Shown one piece after another: positions 23,860 through 38,122 of a stretch of DNA of 64,000 nucleotides (positions are counted from its first letter, which is position 1; each line of letters starts with the position of its first letter). The translations under genes and the position numbers were made by a program. This DNA comes from Hypanus sabinus (Eukaryota). Under the pieces are notes generated by a model. That model ran no database searches. It was given only the letters and a program-made list of their open reading frames with translations, and was not told the origin of the DNA. Where the stretch lies: contig NC_082731.1 of assembly GCF_030144855.1 (NCBI RefSeq), positions 23,622,001 to 23,686,000 on the forward strand, given 5' to 3'.

Positions 23860-24620
23860 AAACGATTGCGTTACCAGTTAATGAAAAGTTGTGGCAAAGC
23901 TCAGTCAGCGGTCCCAAAAGCCATCGGCGCAGGACAGCAGCTTTGTGCCGTCGAATACAATCCTCTGGTCGTTACATATGTCATTCTCTGATACTGCAGA
24001 CGTCTCCATACACTTCATTAGCCCACCTCAGGTTTCCGCTGCACGCTCCGTCTGTCGGAAATTCGCTGGGAATCTAGCTGCACTGAGAGGCGGTTCAACT
24101 TTGAACCGCAGAACCAGAAAGGTGACTCTATTTGCTGTTTGTGGCACGTATATATCTTTTATTTCATCAGGGTCCTGGCGACTATTTAGGACCAAAGGAA
24201 AAACTGGGAATACAGGAGGTATCTTTTTCCACGATTTGAGATGCCCTGTTTATTTTCCGCAATTCTCTTTTAAGTCCCCGATTGATTTCATTCATATGCT
24301 CACCGTTCCGCAGGAACTTCGTGCTGAATTGTCCCCTGTTCCAAAATAGTTTTCCAATGGTTAATCAACACTGAAAGAAACGCTCTAAGCTGCCATGCAT
24401 GATGGCATATTTCATTGTGATGTATACATTCTTGTTAGTTGGCATCCAATCGACTCCATGCCAAATTCTTGCGTCTGGTGTCAGTCGGATTAGAATATCC
24501 ACGATCGGGAGGCAAATATTCTTCTCCATCTCCATCGTCAATCGAATATTTGGATGTTTTACGTTCAGATTGGAGTGGGCGTGTACCAGTAAGTCGTATC
24601 CGGCAGGTGGCCGAGTGGCA
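23860..24620 (-). mobile_element. Penelope-like element remnant (RT C-terminus plus GIY-YIG end)
   Basis: HPNIRLTMEMEKNICLPIVDILI..HGVDWMPT (PLE RT thumb) at ~24440-24560; RIVFDGTKLLSCADGFWDR at ~23900-23970. Confidence 0.75.
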
Positions 24621-27600
24621 TCAGCGGGGGACTTCGAGGATAGAGGTCTTGTGTTCAAATCCAGCCGACTGCCTTGCACGCTTCCCATCCGTGCTGGGTT
24701 GAGCGTCGAGATAGCAACTCGACATCGTAAGAAGGAAATGCTAAGGAAACGCCGTATGATTGGTAATCACAAAGTGATAGGTGCAAAAAGATTGTCATGA
24801 CAGTGTCTCTATGACTCGACCAGGAAGAGCTACGTGCTCCCATTTACCCCAGTATCCGCTCCCCTGGTTTTCAGATGTAGCCTGTTCTCCATTTCTTACA
24901 GGATGGATGAATCAGTTATTGTCCCAACAAAATATGGTCTCCTAAAGGAAACCAAACGACGACAGGAGCACACGATTCCAAACCAAGAGAAAGTCTTTGA
25001 CTACGGATCGCCAATTTCAAGCAACCCTTCACAACGCAAAAGCAATACTACGCCAGTCTATCTCCTAGCTATGAGTCTAACGATGACGTACACGAACGCT
25101 AACACAGATCTGCTACACGATGTTGCAGCTTCTTGTCCTCTTGCATTACATTTCGAACTCCCGTCATCTCTTTATTACCAAGAACAGAGCCAAGACAAAT
25201 CTCCTCATTTCTCTCCTAACTTTGCGGCATTATCGGGGCCTCCTCTAATTGGGTAAATGTAGCCGTCATTTGCAATACGTATTACTAATACTCTATTGAG
25301 TTGCGTCCGCTCTTTGAGCATTAAGGAAGTGGAGAGTGATTAGAATATCAGATACTTCGCCTGCTTTCTCATTCTCGGCTCTCGATGGCGTCCTCGATTT
25401 TAGGATTGGAAAGCGGAAGCGATATTCGCCTATCAGCATCAGGATATATCAGGGCTTTTGTGCGATTTGCATACCTGTGAGAACCCCAACGAACACGAAG
25501 GCATATAAACCCTAGCCATCATATTTTACATTTTGCTGATGGTGCGACCCTCTCAGAGAGCATACAGAAAGCTTTTTTCATTGCTAGAGATATTCTGGGC
25601 TGTGTGATCCTTATCAACAAGAGGTATAGAACCAATGCTGGCAGCAGGAGATCGCTCACTGCACAGACCAATACATCAACCACCATTAAAAGTATGATGG
25701 AATAGGGGAGTGACATAATTTCAACTTACTGCGCAGACTCCGATCACACATCCATCCATTTTCTACATCGTCCAGGTGGCAGCACAAGCAAGTGGAGACG
25801 AGGTGTCCTCTTTGGACTTCCAGTAACATAACCTGATTCTCACACTCTGTCTACCTACACACGTCGGCGGCTCTACGTGTATGGAAGTCCACAGTGGATT
25901 CCGTGCAGTAGGAAACTTTCTGAATATGTTTCTCTGCGTGCACGTTCGACTCCAGCTGATCTCTAACCATTTCTGCTTAAATGGAGAGTGTTGGCTTTCC
26001 CTTTTGGACTAGGATGGTGAGGTCGCGCAAAAGAGCTGTGGACTTGAGCATCGGGACGTAGCTCGTGTCCACAAATTCGTACTTACCGACTCACCCAAAA
26101 CTCATTTCTTTCTAAGTTCCTAGTCACCCGGCTCACCGATGTGCTGCGGAAACCATCTGCCTGCAATTTCATTTGACTTCACTCGGAAAATCGCACGACC
26201 TTACCAAATTCCCACACCAATACACGTACATAGCCTTTCCCTTCAGTATAATGAAAATCTGCATTCTGAAGCCTCACAGCCAACACCCCTCGGGAATCTC
26301 CCCTCCTCGATTTCGTCCGATATACATCGCTCACCATGAGAACCGAGCCTTGAATGATTATATCTCCGATGAGCTACTGATTACCTACATTTAAACATCC
26401 TAGACCCCAGCCCCGGTGAATAGTTTTTATATGTATGAAGAGAAAATAAATGGTGGTGATCTTCCATGCATTCACTAATGCAGAAGTAACAAAAAAATCG
26501 ATGTCAAGAATATCAAACTCTTCACTTGATGGATGGTGCTTTTAAAATTCTCCCAGGGATCGTATCTTCACCAATTTGTGTCGACAGACCGGGAGATGAG
26601 TAGAAGACGGTGTTCATAACACCAGTTGGCTCCAAGGAACACCCGGTGATTTATATTCGATTTCACTGTTATTGCGTCAGAAATAATCTAAGGAAACAAG
26701 CGGTAGGAAAGAAAGCCTCTTTACGTACCGTTTTATTTTAGGGGGGAAGGCATAATGGCTTTTGCCGCAGATGCACTTAATTTCATTTAACACGTAATCA
26801 GTTATGTAACTATACAAATAAAGCTTAATCAAACCATATATTTAAACAATTAACATCTACAGCACCGTAAAGTTTGAATTGCCCCATTTAAACTTAAAGA
26901 TTCAATCTCTATAGATAATCTCCTATACCTGTGCGATATCTTCTTTCTTATCAACGGTAGTGGGAGTATAATTCTACCTGACAGGTGAAATTTGTTACAA
27001 TAATCCAATATCACACTTGGGGCTTTCTCCTTGTGGGTGGTAGGAATTGAGACAGGGAATTCTGTTTTTTTTTTTCTCACTGCCCTGGAGTCCATTCTAC
27101 TTTACCATTTGATTCTGATCTCCCAAAATGATCAACGGGTCGTCACCGGAGTACAGTGTGGATTATCTTTACTGTCCAGGGCACTGATACAGTTCTGCCG
27201 TAATACTTTTTAAATACACGATTTTGTCCATCAACATAATTGCTCGCCAGGATTATTTGCCACGAAGTGAAGAACTGTGCTCCTTGTTTGAGGAGTTTTT
27301 AGTTCGTCTCAGGTGTTTGTTTCTGTAGTCGTGCCGCTACCCTGAGTGAAAGATGCTTAAGTGGATCTAGAATAGATATTAATGACTGATGATCAGTAAT
27401 GAGGATAAACTGGATTCCGACCCAGTGCTAGTTGAAAGGTTTTACACTACAAACCAGGGATGATGCAGGGAGTAGATATGCTATGTATAACTAGTGTGAG
27501 AAAATTTCAGCTGATACTATTTTACTCTTAACGTGCTGGAAGTTTGCAATGCAAAACTTAACACTAATGTGACATTAACCAGTACTTTTCTTACTTTCCT

Positions 27601-29825
27601 TTTAGTTAACATTGCAAAGATTTGCTAAGCCAACGCTGGATGCATCAACAATCAAGTTTTAACTCTCTCAGACAAAAGCGACCCACATTGTTGGTTTTGT
27701 TGACTGGTTAATTTTACTTTACGAATGCCATTCATACCGTAGATGTTTTTTTTTCTCTCTACAATAGGTTGAATACAATACAATAGGCTTCTTTTTCACA
27801 TTCATTTGCAAGATTGTCTCTCGCAGCCGAGTGAATGTCCCATTCAATTTTAATTATTTTACTGTTATATTCTGTTTAACCCTTATCTATTATCTTTTGT
27901 GAGTTTACAGACTATAAATCTTAAGGCTACTCAGCCGCTGACTCTGCTATTTTATTTGACGTTTTCGTCAAAGTCAGGCTGACTGTCACTGTTTTGGAAA
28001 CTGAATCTTGAAATTTCTCGCTCTTCCTTGTGCACTCCATTTATTTTTCCTTGTCCTTACTTTGTTGCATACTTTCTGCAAATTTATACTTTAAAATGGG
28101 ATTAGTATGACATGTCTGAGCCCCTACAAAAATGAAAGCATAATTTCTTCAGCAGGCACTTTTCTGCTAAGATGTTGCAATTGTTTCACTCTCAATTACA
28201 TTCCAGACCGCCACTGAATTGCGTCTCTGCTGAGGTTTTCATTGACACATTCATGTTAAATGTTCTTCTAAATATGAGCTGTGTTTCAGTTATCATCAAG
28301 TGTTTTTGAATGTTATCTCGTTAAACTCCACAAACTAAACTGAACGATCAATCAATATTCACAGAGACCGCCAACTAACTGTCAGTGCTCTCGTGATTTC
28401 CTCCATTCAAGTACTTCAGATTTGACTCCGCAGTTGGACGTATAAAAAATCTCAATCTTTCTTCTTATATATTCCAGATTATGATCACTTACTATTATTA
28501 TTACTACCCGTTCTCACTGCTTACGGACACGGGAATTACTTATGATACTGATTATTTTAAAACGCGCGGTCTGTATCTCTCCGCTCTTCAGAGGAAGTAT
28601 GTGCTGCGTCATTTTTATTTTCTTAACGGGAACTTCTCTATGACCTTTCTAAAGAAAAAAAACAACACTGCGCATTAATTAGGTAATTGCCTCGTGCTGG
28701 TGTTGAAAGAACCTCATCGCCGCTAGTAGCAGCACTTGGTAAAAATAAAATAAATCAGCGGAGAGGATGAACGAAGGAATTAACACTGTATAACGCTTTT
28801 CAAAATAACTGAGCATCAGGTCGACAAAGAACACTCGATAATTTATTACGAAACGAGAAAAGACGAGTGATCTAAATTAGTGATATTAAGGAAGTCCGTG
28901 AAAAAAGCACAATTAGCAAATTTAGCACAGCAGAGGGAAAAAAAACGCCCAAAAATCCAAAGATATGCTACATCTACGGCACAAAGTCTCAATCTGTGAC
29001 CATATCCTTTTCGTTCAACAGCAACTAATGCCAAATTATAATTGAACGTAATAATAAATCACACAAAATAAAATGCAATACAGACAGACATAAAACAGAT
29101 GCAAGGCTACTACATATCCACTATCATCTATTTGCAATATCATAATTACAACAATCAATTGAAATAGTAGATATGACTTCTTCATCGATGAAAATCTTAA
29201 CATATATGCAAATGTCTAAGGCAAGAGGCTGCCGTCACGTTACCCAGCACGAAGTGATCTTTGGCAAGTCAGAAAGTCAAGTCAAAAGCTTCAACCCAAT
29301 CAACGAACAACACTAGGACTGTAGATACTCAGACCTATGGCACTAGTGAAAGACTGATCTTGTTTATAAAAAGGATGTAAGAAATAATATGAATTCAGTT
29401 CAACGAGTTCAGAATCGCAAAATATAGTCTGGTCAGCATTGCTAACTACAGTTAATGTCAATCGATTTTCTTCATTTATGATAATCTTCAGATTGTATTG
29501 TTACATTCATTTAATTGTTCTGCTCCATTCTTCATTACAACAGCAAGGTGAATATGCGTAACCACCATCTTACTCCTGTTAGTGATCGAAATGACACGGC
29601 ATCGCACAACACGTCATTAGCTTTCGTTTATAATCGATGATCTGATGAACACTGTAAGCGCTTTTCGTAACAGTTCTCTATATCATGCATAGTTTATACA
29701 TCTTTTCCTGATATGGAATGGAATGCTCGCCAGTCAGTTGTTTGAATGATTGATTTGCTTTTTTTTTTGTTCTGGAGATTGTAACAGCAACATTATGTTT
29801 TCCTAAGAACGATATTCAAATGTTT

Positions 29826-32800
29826 AAGATGGCGCTGGTATCTGGCGACACTGCGCATGCTCTCCCTACCAACCTGCCCTCTACACTATCCTATACCCGA
29901 GAAAACATTCTAAACCTCCAATTTGCTACATCTAGCAAGATGAACAACACCTTGCCGAAGTACTGACACAGCTGGAGATCATCTACGCGCCAGAATTGCT
30001 TCTTCAACTCCGGACCGCACCTGGACCCGATCAGCGAGGCATGGTCCATTGGTCGCCATCCACAACTGCTGGAAGTTAGGCCTTCGCATCCGACCTCAGA
30101 AATCCGGTGTTCGGCTGGAGCAGATGCCTCTGCAACCATGACTCAGTTCACGGATTTTTTTCAGCTGGCAGCCCGCCCCTCTTGGATTAGGTGTCTGCTT
30201 CGGGCTCCGACCCGATTACAGCCCGGACCCTCGGCAATTGGAAGTGGCAACGGAGCTTGCCCCGCCAAGCGGCCCGACCTGGAGCGCCCGACAACGAACC
30301 CGCCAGTCGATTCCCGCGGGACGCGTCCAGCAACCTCAAAGTGCTGCCAACAACACACTGCATCGATGGAAAAATGGAAAGCTGCACTATTTGCAGAGGA
30401 AGCGTGGAAAAAGAATTGGGCTGCTGGTCAGATGGAAGCGGAGGGTCTTTAGAGACCCTCTGTCCACAATCCTAGTAGCTAATGTGCAAGCTATAGAGAA
30501 CAAGCTTGATAATCTTAAATGGTGACTCACCTACTTCAGGGAGGAGCAGATCTGCTGTGTATTATGTTTCACAGAGACCTGTCTATCCCCTGCCACCCCC
30601 GACTGTGCCATCCGACCAGAGGGATTTCCGATCCATTGGATGACCACACGGAGTCTTAGAGCAAGTCGAAGGGAGGTGGTGTCTGCCTACTGATCAACAC
30701 TGCGTAGTGCTCGGACACAGTGGCACTGACAAGCTCCTGCATTAAGGAACTGGATCATCTGTCTGTGAAGTGTCGTCCTTATTATGTGCCACGGGTCACC
30801 TCGGTCATACGGACAGCATTCTACATTCACCCCCCTCCCCACCCAGCGAACGTGGAGTGTACTGTGAATATACTGTCTGCCAACATCTGTGAATGTGAGA
30901 TGAGGTATCCGGAGGAATTGCTCGTTACAGCCCGGAACTTTAACCAGGCCAACCTCAGAAAAATGCTGCGAAAATTATACCAACATGTCTCCTGCTACAC
31001 TAGAGACACGAATATACTTGGCCACTGCTACACAGCAGTTAAGGATGCCTACCGTTCAGTCCCACGACTTCAGTTCGGAAAATTGGGCCATCAGGCAGTA
31101 CTCCTCCCAGCTTACAAACAGAAACTGAAGCGGCAGGTCACGGTGTCAAAACTGGTGTCGCGTTGGTCAGAGGAAACGGATGAGGTCCTCCGTTACTGCT
31201 TTGAATCGGTGAAGTGGTTAGTATTCAAGGACCGAACCTCGATGAGTATGCTTCAGCTTTCTGGATGTGCACAGAGGACAATGTGTCTCGCAAGACGATC
31301 CGGGTACCCACTAACCGGAAACCTTGGATGAATTATGAGCTCCAGTCCCTCTTGAAGGCTAGAGCATTAGCTTTTCGGTCCGGAGATACCAGTCGCAACA
31401 CAAAATCATGGCGTGAACTCCGGAAAGCCATTAAGGGCGGCAACAGTAATATCGAGACATGTTGCAAGCCCAGGCTAATCAGAGGGATGCCAGCAGACTA
31501 TCGCAAGGTCCAAATAAGATCACTGGGCGCAATGGAAAGGCTGGGAATTTCCATAACTGTAGTGTTTCTCTTTCTGACAAACTTAACATATTTTACGCAA
31601 GATTCGAACAGCAGGGGAGCGTCCCGTCCCCTCCGGATGATCTGGACCTGGTGGCATTGATATTCATCGTCATCAAGGAAGAGGTTAGAACAGCATTCCT
31701 GAAGATAAATGCAAGGAAGGCGAGGGGCCCAGATGGCTTCCTTGGAAGGGTTCTCCGGGACTGTGCAAGTGAGCAAGCTGGAGTGTTTGCTGACATCTTC
31801 AACTGCTCCCTACTTCAGTCTAAGATCCCCTCATGTTTTAAGAAGGCGACGATAATCAAGGGGACGAAGAAAGTCAAGGTGGTATGTCTGAATTACTATC
31901 GACCTGTGGCTCTGACATCAATTGCTATGAAGTGTTCGAGCTGTTGGTTATGGCACACAACAAGCATAGCCTCCCAGTCAACCGCGACGCTTTGCAGTTC
32001 GCCTAATGGAGCAACAGGTCAACGGCAGATGCCATCTCTCTGCTACTACATTCTTGCTTAGAACATCTCGAGAAGAAAGACGCATATGTAAGGCTGCTTT
32101 TCATTGATTACAGATCTGCCTTTAATACCATCATTCAAAATAAACTGATACCTAAGCTCCGGAACGTGGGTCTTAACACACTGATTTGCAGCTGTATCTT
32201 CAACTTCCTCACAGATAGGACGCAGGCTATAAAAATAAGGGACAAATTCTCCTCTACAATCATTCTGAGCACCGGTGCTCTACAAGGCTGTGTACGCAGC
32301 ACCCTGTTGTACTCACGGTACACCCATGTTTGTCTAGCTAATTTTGCATCGAACTCAATATATACGTTTGCTGATGACACCACAATTATAGGCCGTATAT
32401 TGGGTAATGATGAGTCGGAGTATACAGAGGAAATTAAGAGTCTGCTAGCATGGTGCGAAGACAATAGCCTATCCCTCAACGTCAGCAAGACCAAGGAATT
32501 GATTGCTGAATTCAGAAGAAGTAACGGACCACACGGCCCCATCTACATCGGTGGTGCGCAGGTGGAACAGGTCAAAAGCTTTAAGTTTCTCGATGTGAAC
32601 ATCACAAATGAAATGATCTGGTCTAACCAAGCAGAGTCCACTGCCAAGAAGGCGCACCAGCGTATTTTCTTCCTGAGAAAACTGAAGAAATTTGGCCTGC
32701 CACCTAAAACCGTCACTATTTTTTACAGATGCACCGTAGAATACATTCTACTACAGTGCATTACAACCTGATATAGTCGGTTTCCTGTCCAAGACCGGAA

Positions 32801-33250
32801 GAAGCTGCAGAAGATCGTAAACCGAGCCCAGCACATCACACAAACAAATCTTACATCCTCGGACTCACTTTACACTGCTCACTGCCGGAGCAGTGTTGCC
32901 AGGATAATGAAAGACACGACCCACAACCTTCCGGGAAAAGGTTTAGGCGCTAGAAAATTCATACGGTCAGTTATGGGAACAGCTTCTTTCCAAAAATGAG
33001 AAGACAGCTGGACGGATCCTGACGCGGATCTGGACCGCACCTTCCAAATATCTGGACACGACTTGCACTAGCTAACGTTACCCTTTCTATTTTCTAATTA
33101 TGACTTATATTTTATTATTTTATTATTATATTGACTTCGATTTGCACTCCAGGGAGGACAAAGCGCAGAATCAAATCTCGCTGTTATGATTGTACGCTCT
33201 AGTGTCATTTGTTTGGTGACAATAAATTAAAGTGAAATAATGTAAAGTAA
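29826..33250 (+). mobile_element. Near full-length Rex1/Babar-type LINE, decayed
   Basis: Starts AAGATGGCGC. APE endonuclease (LANVQAIENKLDNL, CFTETCL). RT: KARGPDG..YRPVALTSIAMKC; FADDTTIIGRI..WCEDNSLSLNVSKTKELI. AATAAA-like signal and (TAAAG)-type tail at ~33220-33250. Frameshifted. Confidence 0.93.
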
Positions 33251-33299
33251 ATTATTCCCATATGGTATTTCCCGTCACAGAAACATCATAGCTTTTGAC

Positions 33300-36200
33300 T
33301 AAAGAGACTTTCCTTTTTTATTTTTTTTAAATTTAAGTTCATGAAACAATCACTTCCATGAGATGTATTTCAGACCTTGTGCATATATATCATAGAATCA
33401 TATATATCACAATATCTCCACAAAGTATTTGTCTGGGGTATACACTTATATAAAAGAGTAGAAATAATAAAAAAAAACAAGCAAAAGAAAAGAACAAAGT
33501 GCAAGTTGGGGGTGATCTTGTTTTTAACAACAGGTTCATTGGTTTGTGAGAATAAAATCAGGCCTATGAAGTATTATGTAGTTAATCCATTTTTCCCAGT
33601 ATGAAGCAAGTTGTTCCAGCTTATGACTAACAGATGCAGTTATCTTCTCCATTTTGTAAATGTCCATTTTAATTTTCATCCATCTATTTAAAGCTGGGAT
33701 CTCCTGTGATAAACATTTCCTAGTATGAGTCTTTTTACCAGCCACCAACAGTATATTCATTAAATATTTACCTCTTTGCAACCATTCCTGAGTTTTATAT
33801 TCAAAATATATGGTCTTACTCTCCAAGGGTATTTCACATTTAAAAATGGCTTGTAGGGCATTGTGCATCCCACTCCAATAGTTTTGGATAACAGGGTAGT
33901 TCCAAAAGATATGAGAATGATTTGCATTTTGATTTCCACAATTTTTCCAGCAAACAGCGATGTTACTATCATAATGGAATTTCAAAGAGGGTGTAATAAA
34001 ATATCTTATCAAGTTTGTCGATCCAAACTCCCTCTATTTCTGTGAACTGGTGCACTCCCATTGATATCTCCATATTGTTGTCCATTTTTTTCTCAGATCT
34101 AATTATCCCTCCTCTCTTCTCCCATTTTTCTTAAAGAATGATGTTGAATTTCCTTTAAGATTTGACAACTGCTTGTGCATGCTTGAATTTATTCTACTAC
34201 CATTATCTGCATAATATGATTTTCTAAATAGATCTGTCAAACATGCATTTGCCTTGGTAACATTTTTAAGCTTCTTGTTAACATATTGTTGCATCTGCAA
34301 ATACCGATAAAAGTCTTGTTTTTCTAATAAGTGTTTATCTTTAAGCATTTCAAAACTGAACTGTGTTCTTTCTTTCATTATGTTGCACAGAATTGTACTT
34401 CCTTTAATGCCCAGTCTATAAAATTTGCATTCAATTATTTGGTGTAAAATCAGAGTCATATGCACACCGATTAAGTAATGCTCTATATTATATTATTTTT
34501 TGTAGTTTTCCAGATTTTAAGATTAAATTACAACCATAGTTTATCAATAGTATTTATGTAACTGTGCAGGTAGTTATCAGCCAAAATTGCTTGTATAGTG
34601 ATGAGAAGTACCCACTCCTTAATGTATTTCCATTGAGGGTCATATGATGGGTTGCACCAACATGTCTCAACACCCAACTGCGCTGCAAAATAGTAATCTC
34701 TAAGAGAAGGCAAACCCCATGCCGGCTTTTTCTTTGCTAATTGCAAAGTTTTGAGACGAATTCAAGTCCATTCACGCTGCTAAATATACCTTGATAGCAT
34801 CTTGCTCCATTTTTGAACTGATTTTGATTAATCTCTATTGGTATGGTCTGAAAGAGATATAACAGTCTGTGCAGTATAATAATTTTAATAGACTCAAACC
34901 TTGAACTGAAACAGAAAAAAAGGAATCAGTCTCCATCTTGCCACTGCTTCCCTATTGCTTTAATATAAAGGCTGATAATTATATTCTGATAATTTTGCCA
35001 AATCGTTTGGCATAATGATGCCCAAATATTTGAAAGACTCTGTGTGCCATGCCCAGGCGTATCGACATTCAATTTCTCATGGTGGGCTATAGTAATATGA
35101 AATTAATTGGGTTTTATCTACGTTGATCTTGTATCCTGATAATTGACCGCATTGTTCAAAGGATTGCATCAACTGGGGTAAAGAGTATATTGGTTGCCCT
35201 GGATAGATAAAAATGTCTTCCGCATAACAATACAATTCATGCTCTGTCCCTTAAATAGTAATTCCCCTGATATCCTCATTTTGTCTGATGCATTGAGCCA
35301 ATGATTCCAGAGAGAACGCGAACTGTAGTAGTGATCATGCACAACCCTGTCTCGTGCATCTTTCAAGGGTAAGACTATTAGATAAATATCCATTGATTTT
35401 AATACTAGCAGTAGAATTGTCATATAATGTCCGTATATTTTTAATAATTGTGGTTAGGAAACCAAATCTATGTAAAACTCTGTAATGAATATTCAACTTA
35501 ACCAAATCAAATTCTTTTTTAGCGTCCACGCTTATCACTATTGCTTAGATTTTTTTTTATATGAACCATAATGTGAAATGCCCTTCGTATATTTCTTGAG
35601 TCTGGCGTTGTCGTATAAAACCTGTCTGATCATTACGTATCAGTGTGGGTAGAAAATCTTCTAATCGTTTGGCCATGATGGATGTAAATTACGTATAATC
35701 TACATTAAGAACGGATATTGTTCTTACTGACCCGCATTCCTTTTTATCCTTCCCTTCTTTCGGTATAGCTGTGATTATCACTTCCTTCCAACTGGGTGGC
35801 ATTTGTGCCTGTTTAGAGCCCAGTACAGAGTGGTGAGGAAAACAGGAATTAACTCATGTTTATTTTTTTTTGTGACACTCTGCCGTATAGCCATCTGATC
35901 CTGGTGGCCTGTTTAATTTAAGCCTACTAGTTGCAGCTTTTAATTTCCCCAGATATCAGGAGACCTTGTTTTTTTCTCTGTTACCATAATATCGGTTTTA
36001 TTCTGTAGGAAACCAATTCTCTTCCCGGGTGCGTATATATTCAATAGAGTATCTGAATTGCCGTCTGCAGTCCCCCTTACCAGAATATATCTGCCTTCTT
36101 TATCTCCCATTTCGATATATATTTCCAAAGTTTAGCTTATTTGAGATAAGAATAGCAACTCCTCTCCTATTTCCTGATTTATCTGAGGAGAAAAACTGAT

Positions 36201-36353
36201 TAGTGAATCCCATTCTCTTTAGTTTTTTATGCTCATTGTCACTTAAATGAGCTTCCTGTAAATATACTACATGGGGTTTTATTTTTTCAGTTCGGATAAA
36301 ATTCTCTTACGCTTGATTCAGTGAACAAATCCATTACAAAGAAAAGATATGCC

Positions 36354-36385
<32 letters not shown>

Positions 36386-38120
36386 CACGAACAGACAGAA
36401 CATATATATATATTTGCAAACACACACACACACATATATATACACACACACAAATACATACATACATATATATATTCTCATTCAGGTGGGGAAAAAAGGG
36501 TAGGTGAGAGAACAAAGAATAACAACTCTGTAATATAAAATCCACATTATAATAAGTATTTCTCGAGATAGGTATATCACCGTGTACTTTGCTTCTGTTT
36601 TGCTTCACAACATTTTTAAAGTTAGCCAAACCTTATGGAAGTTCTGAAGGGGTTGAAGACTGTCTTTGGGAAATACCCGGTCTCTTCCTGATATGTTTCT
36701 CTTGGCCTCCTCCCGTCTGCTGCCATCTCGTTACTCGCACTATTTTCCAAGCGGAGCGGGACAACTCTCAGCCAGACTCTTCTTCGTTTTTGACATGCTG
36801 ACCGGCAAACCTCTAGTCTTCATGACTGTACTCTCGTCTTCCACTGTCAGGTACAACCGCGTCCCGTTGTCATAAAACACTCGAGGTTTACAAGGGTCCG
36901 GAGTTTGAAATCTAATCTTATTTTGCTTTAATACTCGCTTTATTTCAGAGTATTCTTTGAGTTTCTGGAGGACCGCGGGTGGGTAATCTTGTCGAAATAT
37001 ATTCATTTATCCTCTAGAAACACTCCCTTCTTACCCCAGGACCTTCTCAGTATCTCCGGCTTGGTTCTGTACCGAAGGAATTTAATTATAAGTGAGCGTG
37101 CCTTACTATCCTGGGTAGGTTTTGGGACTAACGTTTTGGGACTTTCAACTTCCAGCTTCATAGCCGCAGGAAGATCCACCGTGGTCCGCAGTAACTTTCC
37201 GATAAACTCCAGACAAACGCGGTCCTGCATCATTCTGCATCATTCTCACCATGGTCCGATTTCTTATGTAATCATGAAGATCCTTATTCCTTTTGAAACA
37301 AGAACTGTTTTTCCTTTTGTTCCTTTTGAACACTTTTGCTTGCTCATGCATTTCGTCTGCCCTAAAGGCATTTGATAAGATCCCAACTTGCATTTACTGC
37401 CGGGAACGACAAAAAATCTGCATTGCAATGATATTTCATCGTCCTTGCCACGACTGTAACACAATTCCTCGGCCAGGGTGGTTTCCATTTCGCAGTGATA
37501 ATTTTGTTCACGTTCACAGTCATTGCTGCCTGATACTCAATGTGGTCTCGGTCTATTGTTTCGATTGTTATTTGGGAGATAGTGCTGAACGTGTTCTTCT
37601 AAGTTTCCATAAACTAATCATTTCCAAGTTCGTCATTAACTGCATTACTAAACTAACAACGATCGTATTAATCTTCTGTTCAGCCATAGTGCCAAACTGC
37701 ACTCCACTTTCTTTTGATTCCGTTCTTTATACTAAAAGTGTTCTGTCATCAACAATGGTTTCTGTTTCAAAGGTCTTGCATTCTTCTAACGATATTGGCA
37801 AACCTCAATTCAACTGGAATGTTTAAAGCAATTGCGTTTCTGTGCAATTTGTCTCCTGTTTAACCAATTACTTCTACAAATTGGCATTCAATTCGCACTG
37901 ACCATTTCACAAGCTTCAAAAACTGCGCTGTTTGCTCATTGTGCATGAGTTGCTTATCTTTTGTGCAGTCGAAAACGTCGTCTTTTTCTGAGCTGGACAG
38001 AGAGTTCTGCTCTCGCAAAGAAAACTCTCCTGTTGATGAGCCCGTGAAATCCTCTGTTTTCTGACGGAGAAATTCTTGGTTGTTTGTACATATAACCACA
38101 ATATCTTATATAAACAAAGT
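33300..38120 (-). mobile_element. L1 LINE with internal deletion (second half of EN plus linker)
   Basis: ORF1 at 36740-38100. EN start to ..LIWG is fused directly to EIKAATSRL..PPGSDG at ~35945. RT (ISVDAKKEFD..RCTRQGC) and C-terminus (..WEKWINYIILHRPDFILTNQ*). Confidence 0.9.
36355..36475. repeat. Compound (TG)n/(TA)n/(CA)n microsatellite within the L1 inter-ORF region
   Basis: Visible dinucleotide runs. Confidence 0.9.
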
Positions 38121-38122
38121 TG

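Noticed and set aside
24830-26400. Possible second Penelope-like remnant
   Set aside because: Only faint resemblance to GIY-YIG motifs; too decayed to call by eye.
26850-27095. ORF ending LSIEIESLSLNG..C as a degenerate V
   Set aside because: Lacks the first Cys/Trp region, the D.x.Y.C motif and an RSS.
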